A DNA stretch of 64,000 nt from Schizochytrium sp. TIO01 (Eukaryota > Protista > Bigyra: Labyrinthulomycetes): positions 8,960,483-9,024,482 of the forward strand of contig SMSO01000032.1 of assembly GCA_004764695.1 (NCBI GenBank), read 5' to 3'. The notes under the pieces were generated by a model, which worked only from the letters and a program-made list of their open reading frames with translations, did not search any database and was not told where the DNA came from. A program made the position numbers and the translations under genes. Below, piece by piece: positions 61,101-64,000 of the stretch; the stretch's first letter is position 1, and each line of letters begins with the position of its first letter.

Positions 61101-64000
61101 CTGAAAGAGAACCGGTCGCTGACATCACTTGAGTAAGTTGCCTACGCAACACCGCAGCTCGTGGACTTGTTTGTACATGATGCTTGGTTTGTTGTTTGGT
61201 GGGTGGGTCGGTGTTGTTTTGCAAGTTTATTTATGCAATCGCCTGTTTGTTTGATGGATGGATGGATGGATGGATGGATGGATGGATGGATGGATGGATG
61301 GATGGATGGATGGATGGATGGATGGATGGATGGATGGCTAAGTTGTCTTTTTGAGTGAGTATACATCCATCGAACAAAGAGCAAAATGACAACACAACAA
61401 AGATAAATGCTGAAAGGCAACCTAGATCACTCACGACCATGCATGCATGCGTGCATCTATTGTAATATGTAACGTGTAATATATTGCTTGCCATCATTCA
61501 ATCAAATCGACAGTCTTGGAAGCAATCGCATCGGCGACGAGGGCGCCAAGGCAGTGGCTGCGGCGCTGAAAGAGAACCGGTCGCTGACATCACTCAAGTA
61601 AGTTGTCTACGCAACACCGCAGCTGGTGGACTTGTTTGTACATGATGCTTGGTTTGTTGTTTGGTTGGTGGGTCGGTGCTGGTTTGCAAGTTTATGCAAT
61701 CTCTTGTTTGTTTGATGGATGGATGGATGGATGGATGGATGAATGGATGGCTAAGTTGTCTGTTTGAGTGAGTATACATCCATCGAAGAAAGAGCAAAAT
61801 GACAACACAACAAAGATAAATGCTGAAAGTCAACCTAGATTACTCACGTCCATGCATGCATGCGTGCATCTATTGTAATATGTAACGTGTAATGTATTGC
61901 TTGCCATCATTCAATCAAATCGACAGTCTTTTGTACAACGATATCGGCGACGAGGGCGCCAAGGCAGTGGCTGCGGTGCTGAAAGAGAACCGGTCGCTGA
62001 CATCACTTGTGTAAGTTGTCTACGCAACACCGCAGCTCGTGGACTTGTTTGTACATAATGGTTAATTTGTTGTTTGGTGGGTTGGTCGGTGTTGTTTTGC
62101 AAGTTTATGCAATCGCTTGCTTGTTTGATGGATGGATGAGTTGTCTGTTTCAGTGAGTATACATCCATCGAACAAAGAGCAAAATGACAACACAACAAAG
62201 ATAAATCCTGAAAGCCAACCTAGATCACTCACGTCCATGCATGCGTGCGTGCTTCTATTGTAATATGTAACGTGTAATGTATTGCTTGCCATCATTCAAT
62301 CAAATCGACAGTCTTCAAGACAACGATATCGGCTCAGAGGGCGCTAAGGCAGTGGCTGCGGCGCTGAAAGAGAACCGGTCGCTGACATCACTCAAGTAAG
62401 TTGTCTACGCAACACCGCAGCTGGTGGACTTGTTTGTACATGATGCTTGGTTTGTTGTTTGGTGGGTGGGTCGGTGTTGTTTTGCAAGTTTATGCAATCG
62501 CTTGTTTGTTTGATGGATGGATGGGTTGTCTGTTTGAGTGAGTACACATCCGTCGAACAAAGAGCAAAATGACAACACAACAAAGATAAATGCTGAAAGC
62601 CAACCTAGATCACTCACGTCCATGCATGCATGCGTGCATCTATTGTAATGTGTAACGTGTAATGTATTGCTTGCCATCATTCAATCAAATCCACAGTCTT
62701 TTCGACAACGATATCGGCGACGAGGGCGCCACGGCGGTGGCTGCGGCGCTGAAAGTGAACCGGTCGCTGACATCACTCAAGTAAGTTGTCTACGCAACAC
62801 CGCAGCTCGTGGACTTGTTTGTACATGATGCTTGGTTTGTTGTTTGGTGGGTGGGTCGATGTTGTTTTGCAAGTTTATGCAATCGCTTGTTTGTTTGATA
62901 GATGGATGGGTTGTCTGTTTGGGTGAGTATACATCCATCGAACAAAGAGCAAAATGACAACACAACAAAGATAAATGCTGAAAGCCAACCTAGATCACTC
63001 ACGTCCATGCATGTATCCAATGTAATGCATTGCAATGTAATGTATTGCTTGCCATCATTCAATCAAATCGACAGTCTTAGAAGCAACGATATCGGCTCAG
63101 AGGGCGCCAAGGCAGTGGCTGCGGCGCTGAAAGAGAACCGGTCGCTGACATCACTCAAGTAAGTTGTCTACGCAACACCGCAGCTCGTGGACTTGTTTGT
63201 ACATGATGCTTGGTTTGTTGTTTGGTGGGTGGGTCGGTGTTGTTTTGCAAGTTTATGCAATCGCTTGTTTGTTTGATGGATGGATGAGTTGTCTGTTTGA
63301 GTGAGTATACATCCATCGAACAATGAGCAAAATGACAACACAACAAAGATAAATGCTGAAAGTCAACCTAAATCACTCACGTCCATGCATGTATCCAATG
63401 TAATGCATTGCAATGTAATGTATTGCTTGCCATCATTCAATCAAATCGACAGTCTTAGAAGCAACTATATTGGCTCAGAGGGCGCCAAAGCAGTGGCTGC
63501 GGCGCTGAAAGAGAACCGGTCGCTGACATCACTATCGTAAGTTGTCTACGCAACACCGCAGCTGGTGGACTTGTTTGTACACGAGGCTTGGTTAGTTGGT
63601 TGGTTCGTTGCTTCGTGGGTTGTCTAGTGTGTTATTTTGCCGATGTTTTTCTTCGCGCCATTGCAAGTTTGTTGTGGAATTGTTTGTTTGGTTGATTGTG
63701 GATTTAAAAAAGTGCACGATAGTATCAGCGACTAAATGAAACTGTACTGGCAATACTGTGGGTGCCTTTTGATGACGTGAAATTGTTAACTGACGAACGG
63801 AGTTGATGTCATTTGGTTTTTACTGATCCTTAGAATGTCCGATGGGTTGACGGATGAAATGTACAAGGAGCGCCAGTTTAATAAAGAAATTTATTCTGCA
63901 AAGGCAAGAAGGAAAATGCTTGAACAGATATCTCGTGAGCTTCGTTGTATACATGTTATAAACAATGTATTTAGTCTGCCGTTTTCAGTGAAGCGTAGTC
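58132..64000 (+). CDS. RI-like leucine-rich-repeat protein, one LRR per exon, 3' end beyond the window
   Basis: Exon 1 is 58132..58196 (AAGATG; [21 protein letters not shown]). The 84-nt exons start at 58338, 58739, 59124, 59509, 59886, 60271, 60660, 61049, 61514, 61927, 62312, 62697, 63075 and 63453. Each is flanked by ACAG and GTAAGT, all are phase 2, and none has a stop. Consensus is [28 protein letters not shown]. The last exon, from 63834 (TACTGAT..TAG acceptor), stays open to 64000. Confidence 0.9.
58229..63600 (+). repeat. Tandem array of 14 exon+intron units, period 377-465 bp (mode 385)
   Basis: Exon-start spacings are 401, 385, 385, 377, 385, 389, 389, 465, 413, 385, 385, 378 and 378. 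The introns are nearly identical by eye. Confidence 0.97.
61253..61336 (+). repeat. (GATG)21 microsatellite in an LRR intron
   Basis: Counted directly. Most sister introns have about 3 units. Confidence 0.95.

Noticed and set aside
58338-63536. Diversity-generating retroelement explanation for the variable codons
   Set aside because: Changes are not restricted to adenines, and no template repeat or intact RT is visible in the window.
58229-63600. Array read as a CRISPR array, satellite, or the many short minus-strand ORFs (MLCCHFAL...)
   Set aside because: The units are ~385 bp with canonical splice sites and in-frame LRR exons on +. There are no cas genes or unique spacers. The minus ORFs are by-products of the repeated introns.

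Overview
Eukaryotic, intron-poor DNA with GT-AG introns and AAG-ATG start contexts. The gene content suggests a stramenopile, probably a thraustochytrid/labyrinthulomycete (inference). The left part carries housekeeping-type genes: OLA1/YchF (3 exons), an SH3/coiled-coil/polyQ protein, GRASP55/65, a triple calcyphosin-like EF-hand protein, a full-size PDR/ABCG transporter, two Frag1/DRAM paralogs and a LEA-like protein. The gene-sparse right part carries a secreted 7-module repeat protein, a G8/TMEM2-like membrane protein and an LRR gene that the ORF track misses. The LRR gene is the main finding. It starts at ATG 58132 and has fourteen 84-nt phase-2 exons, each encoding one 28-aa RI-type LRR, embedded in near-identical ~300-nt introns. 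Variation is concentrated in 4-5 codons at or next to the LRR binding face and is reassorted between units, which makes it a candidate exon-cassette variable receptor system. Intergenic DNA also holds a decayed Fanzor2/TnpB nuclease gene, a SWIM-finger (MULE-like) relic and a dispersed, probably LINE-derived repeat. All homology calls are from motif recognition by eye; no searches were run.
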